In this document: positions 1-17,566 of the stretch, piece by piece
How positions within the stretch are numbered: position 1 is the first letter of the stretch
How the letters are laid out: each line of letters begins with the position of its first letter
Assembly: GCF_009914755.1 (NCBI RefSeq)
Contig: NC_060947.1
Direction: 5' to 3' (one strand)
DNA: 64,000 bases
Source of the DNA: the human T2T-CHM13v2.0 reference genome, Homo sapiens
The notes under the pieces: generated by a model
Told to the model about the DNA's origin: nothing
Databases searched by the model: none
What the model saw: only the letters and a program-made list of their open reading frames with translations
Program-made: the position numbers and the translations under genes

Positions 1-114
1 AGGACCACAGTTAGGGTATTGGAGGAGAGAGTTGTTGCCCAAAGCTTTCAAGGGCCAGAGGGCTATTGCTTTTGTTTTCAAGTCCCTATTAATGTCTCTG
101 TTCATTTCTCTCAG

Positions 115-560
115 GAATGCCTTGTCATTTTCATTGTAGACACCTAACTATTTTTATTGATGATAATAGTGCAAACGGTTTGGTTCCCAAATGTCATTTT
201 CTGGTTTCTTGCTACTGACATAGAAATACAAGTGATTTTTATATGTTGATTTTATGTCTTAAGGTCTTGCTAAATTAAGTGTTGTAGTGTGTGTTTGATA
301 AGTTCTTTACGATTTTTCATGGAAAAAAATATGTTATCTTCAAATATAAATAGTTTAACTTCTTTCTTTCTGTTCTTATGCCTTGTATTTCTTTTTCTTG
401 TCCTAGCAACTTCAATACAATGTTGGCTATAAGTGGTTAGAGTCAATATCCTTCTTTTATTCCCAATCTTTGAAAGAAATTATAATATTTCATGATTAAG
501 TATAATTTTTGCTGTAGATTTTCCAGAGCTTTTTTTCTTATCAAATTGAGAATTTATCTT
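115..560 (-). mobile_element. Old L1M ORF2 fragment
   Basis: Degenerate antisense L1 RT-region text (ttttatatgttgattttatg..., caatacaatgttg..., cttttattcccaatctt); boundaries approximate. Confidence 0.55.
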
Positions 561-566
561 TCTTGG

Positions 567-930
567 TGATATGATTTGGCTGTGTCCCCACCCAAATCTC
601 ATTTTGAATTATAGCTTCCATAGTTCCCATGTGTTTGGGGAGGGACCCAGTGGGAGGTAATTGAATCATGGGGGCAGTTTCCCCCATACTGTTCTTGTCA
701 TAGTGAATAAGTCTCATGAGACCTGATGGCTTTATAAGAGGAAACCCCTTTTACTTGGTTCTCATTTCTCTCTTTGCCTGCTGCCATATAAGACATGCCT
801 TTCACCTTCCACCATGATTGTGAGGCCTCCCCAGCCACGTGGAACTGTGCGTCCGTAAAACCTCTTTTTCTTTATAAATTGCCCAGTCTCAAGTATGTCT
901 TTAACAGCATCATAAAAACAGACTAATACA
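567..930 (+). mobile_element. THE1-family (ERVL-MaLR) solo LTR
   Basis: Starts tgatatgatttggctgtgtccccacccaaatctc, ends acagactaataca; 5-bp TSD cttgg/cctgg. Confidence 0.9.
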
Positions 931-1620
931 CCTGGCTACTTTATTAATCAATTGTTTTCATGTGTGTCTTCTTATTAAATTTTGCTTTTTGGGACCTGGC
1001 TTAAGACAGGTAGGCATTACAAAATTGTTGTTAGCCTTACATGTCCAACATTTTTACATAAAAATAACACAAGGCACTTTTTACAGTAGGGATTTGTTCT
1101 TTTATCTATCACTCTCATAAGACAGGAACAAAACCTGTAGCTGATTTTAATCTCAGAAGGCCAAAGCCAGTTCCAAGCTGTTTGCTGAAACATCTTTGTC
1201 TATCTCATTTCTGTGTGCTTTCGCAGATTAATGCATGTAGTATTCAATAAATGGTCAATAACAACATATGACAATTCAAAATATATTTTCTGCTGTTAGA
1301 GAGATGGATGTTATGATCCATGCTGTAAGTGATTTGCAGTCCATGATTTTAGAATACTAGCAAAACATGCTTCTTCTCCCCATAAAGGCAAGATGAATAG
1401 GTCACAGATTGAGAAGACATCTGATTCTTCAAAAATTCTTCTTGCTTCACCTCCTTAGGCCTCTCTAAGTAGTATTCACTACTGGGAGTGCAATGAGGTT
1501 GAAGTAGAACTTCTCTCTCATTCTTCTAATTAACTGTTTTATCATTCTTTTTTTTTTTTTAAATCTCTCCTGACCAATATGCAAGCTAAAGTACTGAAAG
1601 TAAAGAAAAAGCGATTTCAT

Positions 1621-1752
1621 GCCCAGGAGCAGTGGCTCATATCTGCAATTCTAGCATTTTGGGAGACTGAGGCAGAAGGATTGCTTGAGCCCAGGAGTCT
1701 GAGACCAGCCTGGGGAACATAGCAAGACCCTGTCTCTGTTTAAAAAAAAATA
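1621..1752 (+). mobile_element. Alu left monomer (FLAM-like)
   Basis: Left-arm Alu sequence (gggagactgaggcagaaggattgcttgagcccaggag) followed by an A tail. Confidence 0.85.
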
Positions 1753-3561
1753 AGAAAAATGTGAACAATTAGAAAGCTACAAATAGTACAAGACAAATTC
1801 TCACTAGGTTTTATATTCTCAGAAACATATCACCATTTTTCTGGCAAAAATGAATGTGATACGTATGGTGAGAAGTACAATTTGTTTTCAGTGCAAGCTC
1901 AACTCTGTAATTTATGCTGATTATAAACAAAAGGAATAAGGGTAAGTTAAATCTCAAACCTAATTCCATTCAATAGTCTCAAACTCTGTCTCAATATCTG
2001 CATGAGCATGATTATCAAGTAATCAAATTTACTAGATTCAATTTTGGCTGCTTTAATTTACACCTCTCTCTGACTAGCAACATTGCTCATAGTTAATGAA
2101 ATGGCCCCAGAGGATGCAGACATAGAATGATGGCTTAAATTGCCTACTAACAGATGCCTAAGAATGGAAGGGGCATGGGTTTTCAAGGTGGTTAAGCTGT
2201 CGGCAAGAGCAAGCTGTGAGTGATACAGTAACAGCTGTGTCAGGCTTGAATGAGAAGGAATTTGGACATGTTAGGTAATTATTTTATACTTGTGTCACTT
2301 TAGTAATACAGTTTAGCTGAGGAAGTTGCTCATTTAGCAGACACATTGTAGCAGTTTTCTGGATTGGGTTGCCAATCCCAGCAAGAGCTCCACATGTCTC
2401 TTTGCCTATTCTCTATTTCTTCATCTAGCAACACAAAACCACCATCCAACCGTTCATCATTTTACACCTGGATTTTGCCATGGTTAAAATAGGGCTTCAT
2501 TCAGTCAGAATAATCTGGATCACACAACAGATATTATTTACCAGTTCAGAAATCTGCAGTCTCTCCATGTTATTTCTTAGAATGTCAATGTATCATTCTC
2601 CTATTAAAGAGACCCATAACAATGGAAACACTTTAATTTCAAACACATATTTTCTTATTTCATATGACCAGCCTTTGTATCGTTCTTGGCTTACCCTCTC
2701 CTATCTCCCATTCCCTCATTGTCAGGCTCTTTCTCATATTATCTCCTTTTGTGGAACACATTTTGGTGCTTCATAATTATTGTTGCTTGTTCAAATTTCA
2801 TCTTCTAAGAGAAGCCACTCCTGTCTTCCCATCCCAGCATCCACAAACCACACTTTGTGTCCCCAGAGGGCTTAATTTACTGTTTATATAACTGTCATAA
2901 CTGAAAATTCATTATCTGTTTCAAACATTTTGAGTTTGCAGTGATAGTGGAACATGTATTAGTATTCTCATTAAATGAAAAATTTGGAACTAGAAGTCAG
3001 TAGAGTAGTCAAGGAGAGGAATATACTTAAATTTACCCACTCCAATTGCCTCTCTGCTTCTATTCTCAGTGTTTTATCACCAATTTCTTTCTACAGACTT
3101 CCCTATTATGGTGCTGGACTAGCATAATCAAAATAGCAAGCACAGAATTAAGACATAATATAAAAAATTTGAGGCATATGCAAATCAACTAAGGAGGTAG
3201 TTCAAGTGTTGATTTTATCATTGCTTCTTTTCTGGCAAGGCTTGGGTGGTGTCAAGGAATCTGATTTTTCAAAATAATGTAAGATAATTATAATGTAAGT
3301 TGCTCAAACACACACTTCTAGAATCTCCAAAATAAAGAATAGGCTAATTTTAAACTGGTCCAACAATAGGGGAGTGGTTATGCAAATAATAATATATTAA
3401 ATTCAGTGTTGTACAGTCATAAACATATGTGGTTATTTAACATATAGCCACATGTAAAGATGCATGCAGAAATAGAAAACACATTGTAATATGTTTACTT
3501 TCCATATCACTAAGCAGTAGTTTCTCATTTTATATTTTTATGGACATTTTTACTTGTTAGT

Positions 3562-3935
3562 TGTATTAGTCCATTCTCTTTTATAAAGAACTTCCTGAGA
3601 CTGGGTAATTTATAAAGGAAAGAGGTTTAATTGACTCACAGTTCTGTATTGCTTTGGAGACCTCAGGAAACTTACAGTCATGGCAGAAGACAAAGGATAA
3701 GCAGTCACCTTCTTCACAGGGCAGCAGAACAGAGTGAATCCAAGCAGGGGAAACTCCAGATGCTTATAAAACCATCAGATCTCATGAGACTCACTCATTA
3801 TCATGAGAACAGCATGGGGGAGACCGCCCCCAAGATTCCGTTACTTCCACCTGGCCCTGCCCTTGACACATTTGGATCATGGAGATTGCAATTCAAGGTG
3901 AGATTTGGGTGGGGATACAAAGCCAGACTACATTA
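3562..3935 (-). mobile_element. THE1/MST-family MaLR solo LTR
   Basis: tgtattagtccattctc...gagactgggtaatttataaaggaaagaggtttaattgactcacagttc...; perfect TSD ttagt (3557-3561, 3936-3940). Confidence 0.9.
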
Positions 3936-6552
3936 TTAGTCAATCACAGCATCTAAGAGTTGTTCTTAAAATCAGAACCATGGACATCTCCCTACTAGCT
4001 CTCTGGAGGGCATTAGACAAATCCCTTGAGTTGGCAACAGTTGTGTGGTCTTTACATTAAAAAGCATAAATGGATCACACACATTTATTTATTTCTTCCT
4101 ACACCCAATGATATTAAGATAATAAAATGATAAAGAGAAGAGTGGAGGGTGTATTTAAATAAATCACAAAAATTCTGAACACAGAAACACATATAGAAGA
4201 GTATTGGTATTGAGCGTGGAAAGTGGGTGAATCCTTTTTCTTAGATACTTGTAGAGAGTGATTAGGGCAACGGGGAGGAAAATGATTTAACCCTGAGAAA
4301 CTTGTAAATCAATGAAACAAGGTACATGATAGTTATAAGAGACACACAGGGAGGAAACAGAAGAAGAAATTAAAAGATGCATATCAAATTTTTGAGCCTC
4401 CATCTTTTTTTCCTCTTCACTACATGGAATACTAAGTTAGTGCCTGGAATAGGAATGCATAGATTTCCTCCCTAAATAAAGTAAATGTGACTGCATACAA
4501 ATTAAAACCATCTTCATTAAAAGGAAACCAGCAAGTAACAAACAAGTAAGAAACCACGGACTGGGAATGTTTATATTTGTAACATATACAAGTGACTAAA
4601 TGTTTGTACCTAAAATATGTAAAGAATTTCTAAAAGTCAATATAAAAGACAAACAACTCAATCTAAAAGTGGCCAGAGGATACAGACAGGTTTGTGGGAA
4701 TGAATGAGCCTGATTAGTACTTATGAAAATTTAAATTAAAATAATAATGCACTGTCCTGTAACTGAAACTATAAAAAGAGGAGGGGAAATTGTACACTAA
4801 CCTCACAAAAGTAGTTATCTCTAGAAAAGAAATAGAGGTAGTAAATAGAAGGTAGAAAGAGGTCAACGGGGTGAGAGTTATATCTTTTGCATTATATTGT
4901 CTTAAGCAAAAACCTCTGAAGCTAAGCAGAAAAGAAATAGGAAAGGATGGCAGGGAAAAGACGGGTAGGGAAGAAGAACTTCTCAGGTAATTATAGAGAT
5001 GCTTTTAAATTACAGTACTTTATGCCTTGTCTTCTGCCTCTTCATACATGAAAAGACTTTGTAGAATAAACTAATGTGTTTATTAGGGTTATTTCTGATA
5101 GAACATGCCCATAGGTATGCTTACAAGATACCCTGTGATTGGAATCTACCTTTAAATAATAATTTTCTCTTAATATAAAGATGGACATAGAAATTACTGT
5201 CTGCAAGCCTAGTTATACCATTTCCATAAAAACTAACATTACCTATATATTGGCAGAAATAAATTTCATGACATTCCAGAGGACTTTGCTTTGCTCACAG
5301 AATTCTGTAGTACAATATTTTGAATCCCACCATGCAAAATGCATTAAAGAAGCCAGGAAATATTTCTCCCAAAATTTATCACTATTCTTCTTAGCACGAT
5401 GTTTGCACAAAATATTTTACCTCCTGTGCGCCATGATCCTTTAGGAGGGAAATATCTAGGTGATATGAATGATGTTTATCTACAAGGTATGTAGAGAGAT
5501 GTCTGGATCCCTTGATACTTTCTAGTGTCCTGGCTAATAATATAGGTACCAAGAAATACCTGCAAAACTCCACAGAAATGACTGAGAAGTCAAGTGAGAA
5601 ATTTTGAAGGTCTGGGTGTGATAATTCCCACAAAAATAAGAGAAAATAAGGGCAAATGAGATGTAAAGAAGTGGTTTCAGTGAATAAACTGGAAGCTATT
5701 CACCTTTGTCGACAGAAAACATATTTGAAGAGACAAAAACCCAAAGATTATGCTCCAAACTAGCTATTCTGTTTTTAACTGTCCAAATCTACTGTGGCAT
5801 CTCCTTTATGGATATTGGTTTTAATTATTATCCACCTAGGGAACTGAAACTGAGTTTCCTAAATAAGAAAATATATAGTTTTTGTTTTAAGAAAAGCTAT
5901 TTAATCTATCTTAGAAGTAAGGGTAGATGAAGGAAATGCATTTACTCCATCTTACAATTCATGTTTCATTAGGCTGCCCACAGGCATTCTGTGTTTATGG
6001 TCTGCTGCACTCCACAATAAAGCTATTATTCGTGAGCACTTCCCTGCTGGCTAACCACATTTTGGCTACTGCTTATGTTTATTTATGAGTCTCGCTTGGG
6101 AAAGGATTTGCAAAGTCTGATGGGGAGTCCTCACATGTATGTTTACACTTCTCCAGGCTTAGGTATCTCGAGAAGGGAAGTGGCCACAGTGTCACCAGTC
6201 TCCAGAATGAATTATGCAGCAGGACACATCATCGATAACCAGATAGAACACTCCCTCAATATTTAAAGGGCAATGGCAATGATGGAAAGAAGGAAACTGA
6301 GATGATTCCAGTTCTGTGGGATCACTGGATTCAAGCAACATTGAGAAATAATTTTTCTGCTCAATCCTTACCAAGCAAAAATAATCATCAGGGAGAAAAA
6401 GCAGCATTATCTCTCCCAGGGAGAGTATGACATAAGATGTTGCCACTATTGTCTCTGCAGCTCAGGTTTCTGCTTCCTGACCATTGATTTCCTGCACAGG
6501 TAAAGAACTGTATTAATTGGGGTTCTTCAAACAATAGGATATGCCAAAGAAC

Positions 6553-6607
<55 letters not shown>
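6553..6607. repeat. (TCTA)n microsatellite
   Basis: About 13 perfect tetranucleotide units. Confidence 0.97.
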
Positions 6608-6624
6608 GTCATATATAATCTACA

Positions 6625-7011
6625 TATCTTAGTCCATTTGTGCTGCTATTACAGAATACCATATATAATTATAAACAATATATTTTTTTCTCACACTTCT
6701 GGAGGCTGGGAAGTCCAAGATCAAGGTGCTAGCAGGTTTGGTGTTATGTGAAGGCTGCTATTTGCTTCCAAAGTGGCTTCCTATTGCTGCACTCTCTGGA
6801 AGGGACAAACACTGTGTCTTCACATGGTGGAAGGGATGCAAGGGCAATAGTGTCAAATGCTGTGTGAAGTCTCTTTTATAAAGCCTTTAATCCCTCATAA
6901 GTGCTCATGACCTAATCACCTTCTAAATACCCCACCTCTTAATACTATTGCATTGGAATAGTGTTGTTTCAACATAAATTTTGAAGGAACACAAGCATTC
7001 AAATGATAGCT
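6625..7011 (-). mobile_element. MST/MLT1A-type MaLR solo LTR
   Basis: tatcttagtccatttgtgctgct...ttctggaggctgggaagtccaagatcaaggtgc...cattcaaatgatagc. Confidence 0.85.
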
Positions 7012-7020
7012 CACTCACTG

Positions 7021-7060
<40 letters not shown>

Positions 7061-7082
7061 ATCTATCTATCTATCTAATCTA
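7021..7082. repeat. (TCTA)n/(TATC)n microsatellite
   Basis: Direct reading. Confidence 0.95.
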
Positions 7083-7389
7083 TTGAAAAAGAGTGAGAAA
7101 GAGAAAAATTTACTTTAATGACTTGATTCATGTAATTGGGGGTCTGGCACGTCTGAATTCCATAGGATAAGATGACAGGCAGGAAACTCAGGCAAGAGTT
7201 TCACAGATTCCTACTTTGCTGTTTCTCAGTGCAGAGGTTTATTCTTTGGACTTTCAGGATAAACCAAAGCTAGGCACTTCTGTATGCCAGTCAGCAAGGA
7301 ATCATTCTTTTGTGGTGTGCAGAGCGTATAATACCCATTGAGAATGGATTGTAAAAAATTCAAGAGGGTTCCTGTGCTAGTTATTAAGC

Positions 7390-7770
7390 ATTTATCTCTC
7401 AGTTCCAAATCCACCATCTATATTCTCCACGGTGATGATGGGGCAAATGTCTTTCTCCTTTGTCAGTTGACTCTATATTTAGTGCTACCAATAGGGGGAC
7501 CTAGAAGATATTGGCGGACAGGAAGAGGTGAGAAAGAACTTACTACATCTTGTAAGGTTGCTATTGCTGTCTCCTTCACTCCAGCAACGGCACTTAACCT
7601 GGCAACATCAGTTGGTTCCAGTGTCTGTGTGTCTCACCTGCACACTTAGTGACCTTTGCCTTGCCAGCTTGTTTTTTAGCCCCAAGATTCTTGCTCCACC
7701 ACATGTTTGGGGTCCTGGACACTCCAGTAAGCTCTTCCTGGATCCACCTCTTAGAAAAGAGGTACTGGGT
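7390..7770 (+). mobile_element. LTR33-like ERVL LTR remnant
   Basis: tttctcctttgtcagttgactc...ccaatagggggacctag resembles the LTR33 consensus; degenerate. Confidence 0.4.
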
Positions 7771-8456
7771 TAGATATGATAGCATTTATATTTTGTGCTA
7801 TGACACTTACACATTCTGACATAAGCATGTGGAATTTCTTGTTATTTTATTTCCCAGGGTTAATTTTGTATATGTGTATGAAGACAAAAAATAGGATGTC
7901 TTTTTTTGTTTGTTTATTGGTAGCTACCAAGATACCCAAGATTGATTGACCAGTGTTTGTTGATGACACCAAATAATGTTATTTTACAAGGCCTCTTTAA
8001 AAATGTTAGCTTTCTGAAACTGAAATATTTATTTAAGCATCAGACAGATAACACACACTTCACCACCACCCCTCCCCCATTCATTTGTATCATCAATTAA
8101 AAAAGCTTAGAAAACATAAAACTTTAATGCTTATTTTAACTGAAGGCTTGTGGGCTAACATCCACAGTTTATAAATGGCACTTTGGTATTTTGAAGCTAA
8201 ACATTACAAGAAGTCTACGCATGATGTTCAAAAGAAGGAATGATAAAGGTAGCTTTAGGAATGTAACATCAAATCCCAACATTTCTGTCTGGCTTGAAAA
8301 TCTTTCCAAAAATTCGGCAGTTTTTTGAACTGTTCAATCATTATGTTTGATTAAAGTGGCCCAATTTAGTTTTAGGTAGATACACATGGCATTCTACACG
8401 TGGCTTAGAAGTTTTTGATTGAAAGGGGAAAAAAGGGCAAATCTCTTGATGTTCGA

Positions 8457-8757
<301 letters not shown>

Positions 8758-8771
8758 GAAACTATTTTTAA

Positions 8772-9876
8772 ATTTAAACAGTTTTAATTGTGGTAAAATA
8801 CATGTAAAATTTTCCATCTTAACAGTTCAGTAGTGTTAAGTGTAGACATATTATTGTGCAACCAATCTCTACAACTTTTTTATGTTACAAAACTGAAATT
8901 CTTTACCCAAAGCAATAATTATCCAATCTCTTTTCCCAACCCCTGGACACTACCATTCTATTTTCTGTTTTTATGAATTTGATGACTCTAGATATCTTAT
9001 GTAAATTGAATCATGATGTAGTTGTCTTTTTGTGACTGGTTCATTTCATTTAGCATAATGTCCTCAAGGTTCATCCATGTAGTAGCATGTGTCAGAATTT
9101 TCTTCCTTTTTAAGTATGAATAATATTTCTTTGTGTGTATACATTATATTTTCTTTATCCATTCATCTGTCAATGAATACTTGAGTTGTTTCCACTTCCT
9201 GACTATTGTGAACAATGCTGCTATGAACATGGGAACACTGATACTTTTTCAGGACTCTGATTTCAGTTCTTTTGAACACACGCTCAGATATGGAATTGCT
9301 GGATCATATGATAATTCAACTTTTAATTTTTGGAGGAACCTCCATTAAACAGTAGCAACTACACCATTCCCACCAACAGTGCAGAAGGGTTTTACATTCC
9401 CACCAACTGTGCAGAAGGGTTCCAATATTTCCACATCCTTCCCAACACTTATTTTCTGTTGTTTGTTTGTTTGGTTTAAACAGTAGCCATTCTTATGGGT
9501 ATGAGATGATATCTCATTGTGGTCTTGATTTGGATTTCCCTAATGACTGGTGATGTTGAGTATCTTCCCCTAAGCTTGTTGGCCATTTTCATGTCATCTT
9601 TGGAGAAATGTCTATTCCAGGCCTTTGTGCGTTTTAAAATCAGAATATTTTGTTGTTGCTGTGGTTAAATTGCAAGAGTTTTTGTTTGTTTGTTTGTTTG
9701 TTTGTTTGTTTGTTTGGTATCCTGGAGAGTAACCCCTTATCAGATATCTGATTTGCAATTCTTTTCTCCTGTTCCATAGGTTGCTTTTTCACTGTGTTAA
9801 TTATATTATTTGCTGCACAGATGTTTTTACGTTTGAAGTAGTTTAAATTACCTATTTTTCTTTTTGTTCCCTGTAA
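8772..9876 (-). mobile_element. L1MA/L1MB 3' end (5'-truncated)
   Basis: Antisense L1 3'UTR plus ORF2 C-terminus; perfect 14-bp TSD gaaactatttttaa (8758-8771, 9877-9890); internal 30-bp tandem duplication at about 9365-9421. Confidence 0.85.
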
Positions 9877-10536
9877 GAAACTATTTTTAAGAAATTAGGA
9901 AACATCTCAAGATGAAGTCATTAAGCCAAGCTGAATGAAGACAAGAAGTTGTTTCACAGATCTGGCTGCATAACATGCTCGAGTCTTCCTCCTAGTGGGT
10001 GAGTATGGAAACTACTGACAGTACAATGTTCTCCAACTAGATTCAGAAGATTCCCAATACATTCAGTTCTTCTGTTCTCTTATCTCAAGCAAACACTAAA
10101 TTTTTGTGGTTGGTTCAACTCAGGAAAAGTTACATTGTCAAATTTGATTCAACACAGGTGTCAGAAACAAAACCCCAAAACTATATACTCTAAATTTGCA
10201 TTTTGTTGTCTATAAGTTCAATTTAAAAGTCAAAGTAATGTTACCATGAGTAAAATTTTCACAGTGAGCAAGAAAACAAAATCAGCCACCCCTCAAACTA
10301 AATCAAAGTGGCAGAGATGATTTAGGTAATTATTTTTAAACTGAACATCTCTCTATCGTTGGATATAACCATGCCAGAGGGTCCATTTGGAAGTGGCCCA
10401 GATGAAACATGCCATAAGGCCAGAAACTGTAATTCAAAAGTTCTAAATGAAAACACTCAAGTTTCATTGAGGCAAGAGGCTTGAGTGCACAATAGCAATA
10501 CAAGCAGCTGTTTTTGCCACTCAGCCTTAAGCCTGA

Positions 10537-10914
<378 letters not shown>

Positions 10915-11480
10915 TAAAAAATGCTGTTTGCATGTAAGCTGCAGTTGGGTCTTTGAGACTTGCTTTTGAAAGGATGCTGGTTAGTGTGTTTTTCCTCCTC
11001 TTCTCTGGGTAACACAAATAAGGAGCTGTCACTCATAAAGTCCCAGACACCAATTAAATTTCCAGCAGTTGCCTATGACATCTCCCTTCACAGGGGGCCT
11101 CTGAATTACATGTTGTCATAGTAAGAGCCTATGATCTTGGCCATGCTGCCTCAGCTCCTGGCTCTCGTATTGCACTTAAAAGACCAATGCTTGCTTGTGT
11201 TTCATCTTTCCTTATGCAGTCTTGGAGCATGCATTATGAGTGGCTGATTTTCTTTTTTTTTTTTTTTTTAATTATTTATACTTTAAGTTTTAGGGTACAT
11301 GTGCACAATGTGCAGGTTAGTTACATATGTATACATGTGCCATGCTGGTGCGCTGCACCCACTAACTCGTCATCTAGCATTAGGTATATCTCCCAATGCT
11401 ATCCCTCCCCCCCCCGCCCCACCCCACAACAGTCCCCAGAGTGTGATGTTCCCCTTCCTGTGTCCATGTGTTCTCATTGT

Positions 11481-15308
<3,828 letters not shown>

Positions 15309-15371
15309 TATGATGTTAGCTGGTTATTTTGCTCGTTAGTTGATGCAGTTTCTTCCTAGTCTCGATGGTCT

Positions 15372-16385
15372 TTACATTTTGGCGTGATTTTGCATTGGCT
15401 GGTACCGGTTGTTCCTTTCCATGTTTAGTGCTTCCTTCAGGAGCTCTTTTAGGGCAGGCCTGGTGGTGACAAAATCTCTCAGCATTTGCTTGTCTGTAAA
15501 GTATTTTATTTCTCCTTCACTTATGAAGCTTAGTTTGGCTGGATATGAAATTCTGGGTTGAAAATTCTTTTCTTTAAGAATGTTGAATATTGGCCCCCAC
15601 TCTCTTCTGGCTTGTAGAGTTTCTGCTGAGAGATCCGCTGTTAGTCTGATGGGCTTCCCTTTGTGGGTAACCCAACCTTTCTCTCTGGCTGCCCTTAACA
15701 TTTTTTCCTTCATTTCAACTTTGGTGAATCTGACAATTATGTGTCTTGGAGTTGCTCTTCTCGAGGAGTATCTTTCTCACGTTCTCTGTATTTCCTGAAT
15801 CTGAATGTTGGCCTGCCTTGCTAGATTGGGGAAGTTCTCCTGGATAATATCCTGCAGAGTGTTTTCCAACTTGGTTCCATTCTCCCCGTCACTTTCAGGT
15901 ACACCCATCAGACGTAGATTTGGTCTTTTCACATAGTCCCATATTTCTTGGAGGCTTTGTTCGTTTCTTTTTATTCTTTTTTCTCTAAACTTCCCTTCTC
16001 GCTTCATTTCATTCATTTCATCTTCCATCGCTGATACCCTTTCTTCCAGTTGATCGCATCGGCTCCTGAGGCTTCTGCATTCTTCACATAGTTCTCGAGC
16101 CTTGGCTTTGAGCTCCATCAGCTCCTTTAAGCACTTCTCTGTATTGGTTATTCAAGTTATACATTCGTCTAAATTTTTTTCAAAGTTTTTAACTTCTTTG
16201 CCTTTGATTTGAATTTCCTCTTGTAGCTTGGAGTTTGATCGTCTGAAGCCTTCTTCTCTCAACTCGTCAAAGTAATTCTCCATCCAGCTTTGTTCCATTG
16301 CTGGTGAGGAACTGCGTTCCTTTGTAGGAGGAGAGGCACTCTGCTTTTTAGAGTTTCCAGTTTTTCTGCTCTGTTTTTTCCCCAT
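15372..16385 (-). pseudogene. L1 ORF1 (RNA-binding), in frame with 2 premature stops and a 3-bp deletion
   Basis: MGKKQSRKTGNSK...NHAKM split into three same-frame ORFs; stops at 16152-16154 and 15777-15779. Confidence 0.93.
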
Positions 16386-16974
16386 CTTTGTGGTTTTATC
16401 TACTTTTGGTCTTTGATGATGGTGATGTACAGATGGGTTTTTGGTGTGGATGTCCTTTCTGTTTGTTAGTTTTCCTTCTAACAGACAGGACCCTCAGCTG
16501 CAGGTCTGTTGGAGTTTGCTAGAGGTCCACTCCAGACTTGTTTGCCTGGGTATCCGCATTGGTGTTTGCAGAACAGCAGCTTTTCGTGAGCCGCGAATGC
16601 TGCTGTCTGATCATTCCTCTGGAAGTTTTGTCTCAGAGGAGTACCCGGCCGTGTGAAGTGTCAGTCTGCCCCTACTGGGGGGTGCCTCCCAGTTAGGCTG
16701 CTCAGGGGTCAGGGGTCAGGGGTCAGGGACCCACTTGAGGAGGCAGTCTGCCCGTTCTCAGATCTCCAGCTGCCTGCTGGGAGAACCACTGCTCTCTTCA
16801 AAGCTGCCAGACAGGGACATTTAAGTCTGCAGAGGTTGCTGCTGTCTTTTTGTTTGTCTGTGCCCTGCCCCCAGAGGTGGAGCCTACAGAGGCAGGCAGG
16901 CCTCCTTGAGCTGTGGTGGGCTCCACCCAGTTCGAGCTTCCCGGCTGCTTTGTTTACCTCAGCAAGCCTGGGCA

Positions 16975-17451
16975 ATGGCGGGCGCCCCTCCCCCAGCCTC
17001 GCTGCCGCCTTGCAGTTTGATCTCAGACTGCTGTGCTAGCAATCAGCGAGACTCCGTGGGCGTAGGACCCTCCGAGCCAGTTGCAGGATATAATCTCGTG
17101 GTGCGCCGTTTTTTAAGCCTGTCGGAAAAGCGCAGTGTTCGGGTGGGAATGACCCGATTTTCCAGGTGCCGTCCGTCACCCCTTTCTTTGACCTGGAAAG
17201 GGAACTCCCTGACCCCTTGCGCTTCCCAAGTGAGGCACTGCCTCGCCCTGCTTCCGCTCGCACGCGGTGCGCTGCACCCACTGGCCTGCGCCCACTGTCT
17301 GGCACTCCCTAGTGAGATGAACCCGGTACCTCAGATGGAAAAGCAGAAATCACCCGTCTTCTGCGTCGCTCACGCTGGGAGCTGTAGACCGGAGCTGTTC
17401 CTGTTCGGCCATCTTGGCTCCTCAGAGTGGCTGATTTTCAAGAGGACATGA
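16975..17451 (+). CDS. L1 antisense ORF0, C-terminally extended (158 aa); expression unknown
   Basis: MAGAPPPASLPPCSLISDCCASNQRDSVGVGPSEP... matches ORF0; strong Kozak gcaATGg; stays open through the L1 5' end into the flank. Confidence 0.45.
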   Translation: MAGAPPPASLPPCSLISDCCASNQRDSVGVGPSEPVAGYNLVVRRFLSLSEKRSVRVGMTRFSRCRPSPLSLTWKGNSLTPCASQVRHCLALLPLARGALHPLACAHCLALPSEMNPVPQMEKQKSPVFCVAHAGSCRPELFLFGHLGSSEWLIFKRT

Positions 17452-17534
17452 AGATACAACAAATGGTGAGTGTCTTGTGATGGAGCTTCCTGTATTTTGA
17501 ATTACACTTTCTAGCTGGATTCTACTTACCTAAA

Positions 17535-17566
17535 ACACACACACGCACACACACACACACACACAC
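17535..17566. repeat. (CA)n microsatellite
   Basis: Direct reading. Confidence 0.9.

Larger units (their letters stand above)
6509..7200 (-). mobile_element. MLT2-like (ERVL) LTR remnant, interrupted by microsatellites and an MST LTR
   Basis: tgtattaattggggttc...caataggat at the start; resumes after 7080 with degenerate MLT2-like sequence. Confidence 0.55.

Noticed and set aside
7487-7503. CTCF-like motif ccaatagggggacc in the LTR33 remnant
   Set aside because: The core ggcgc is decayed; weak match
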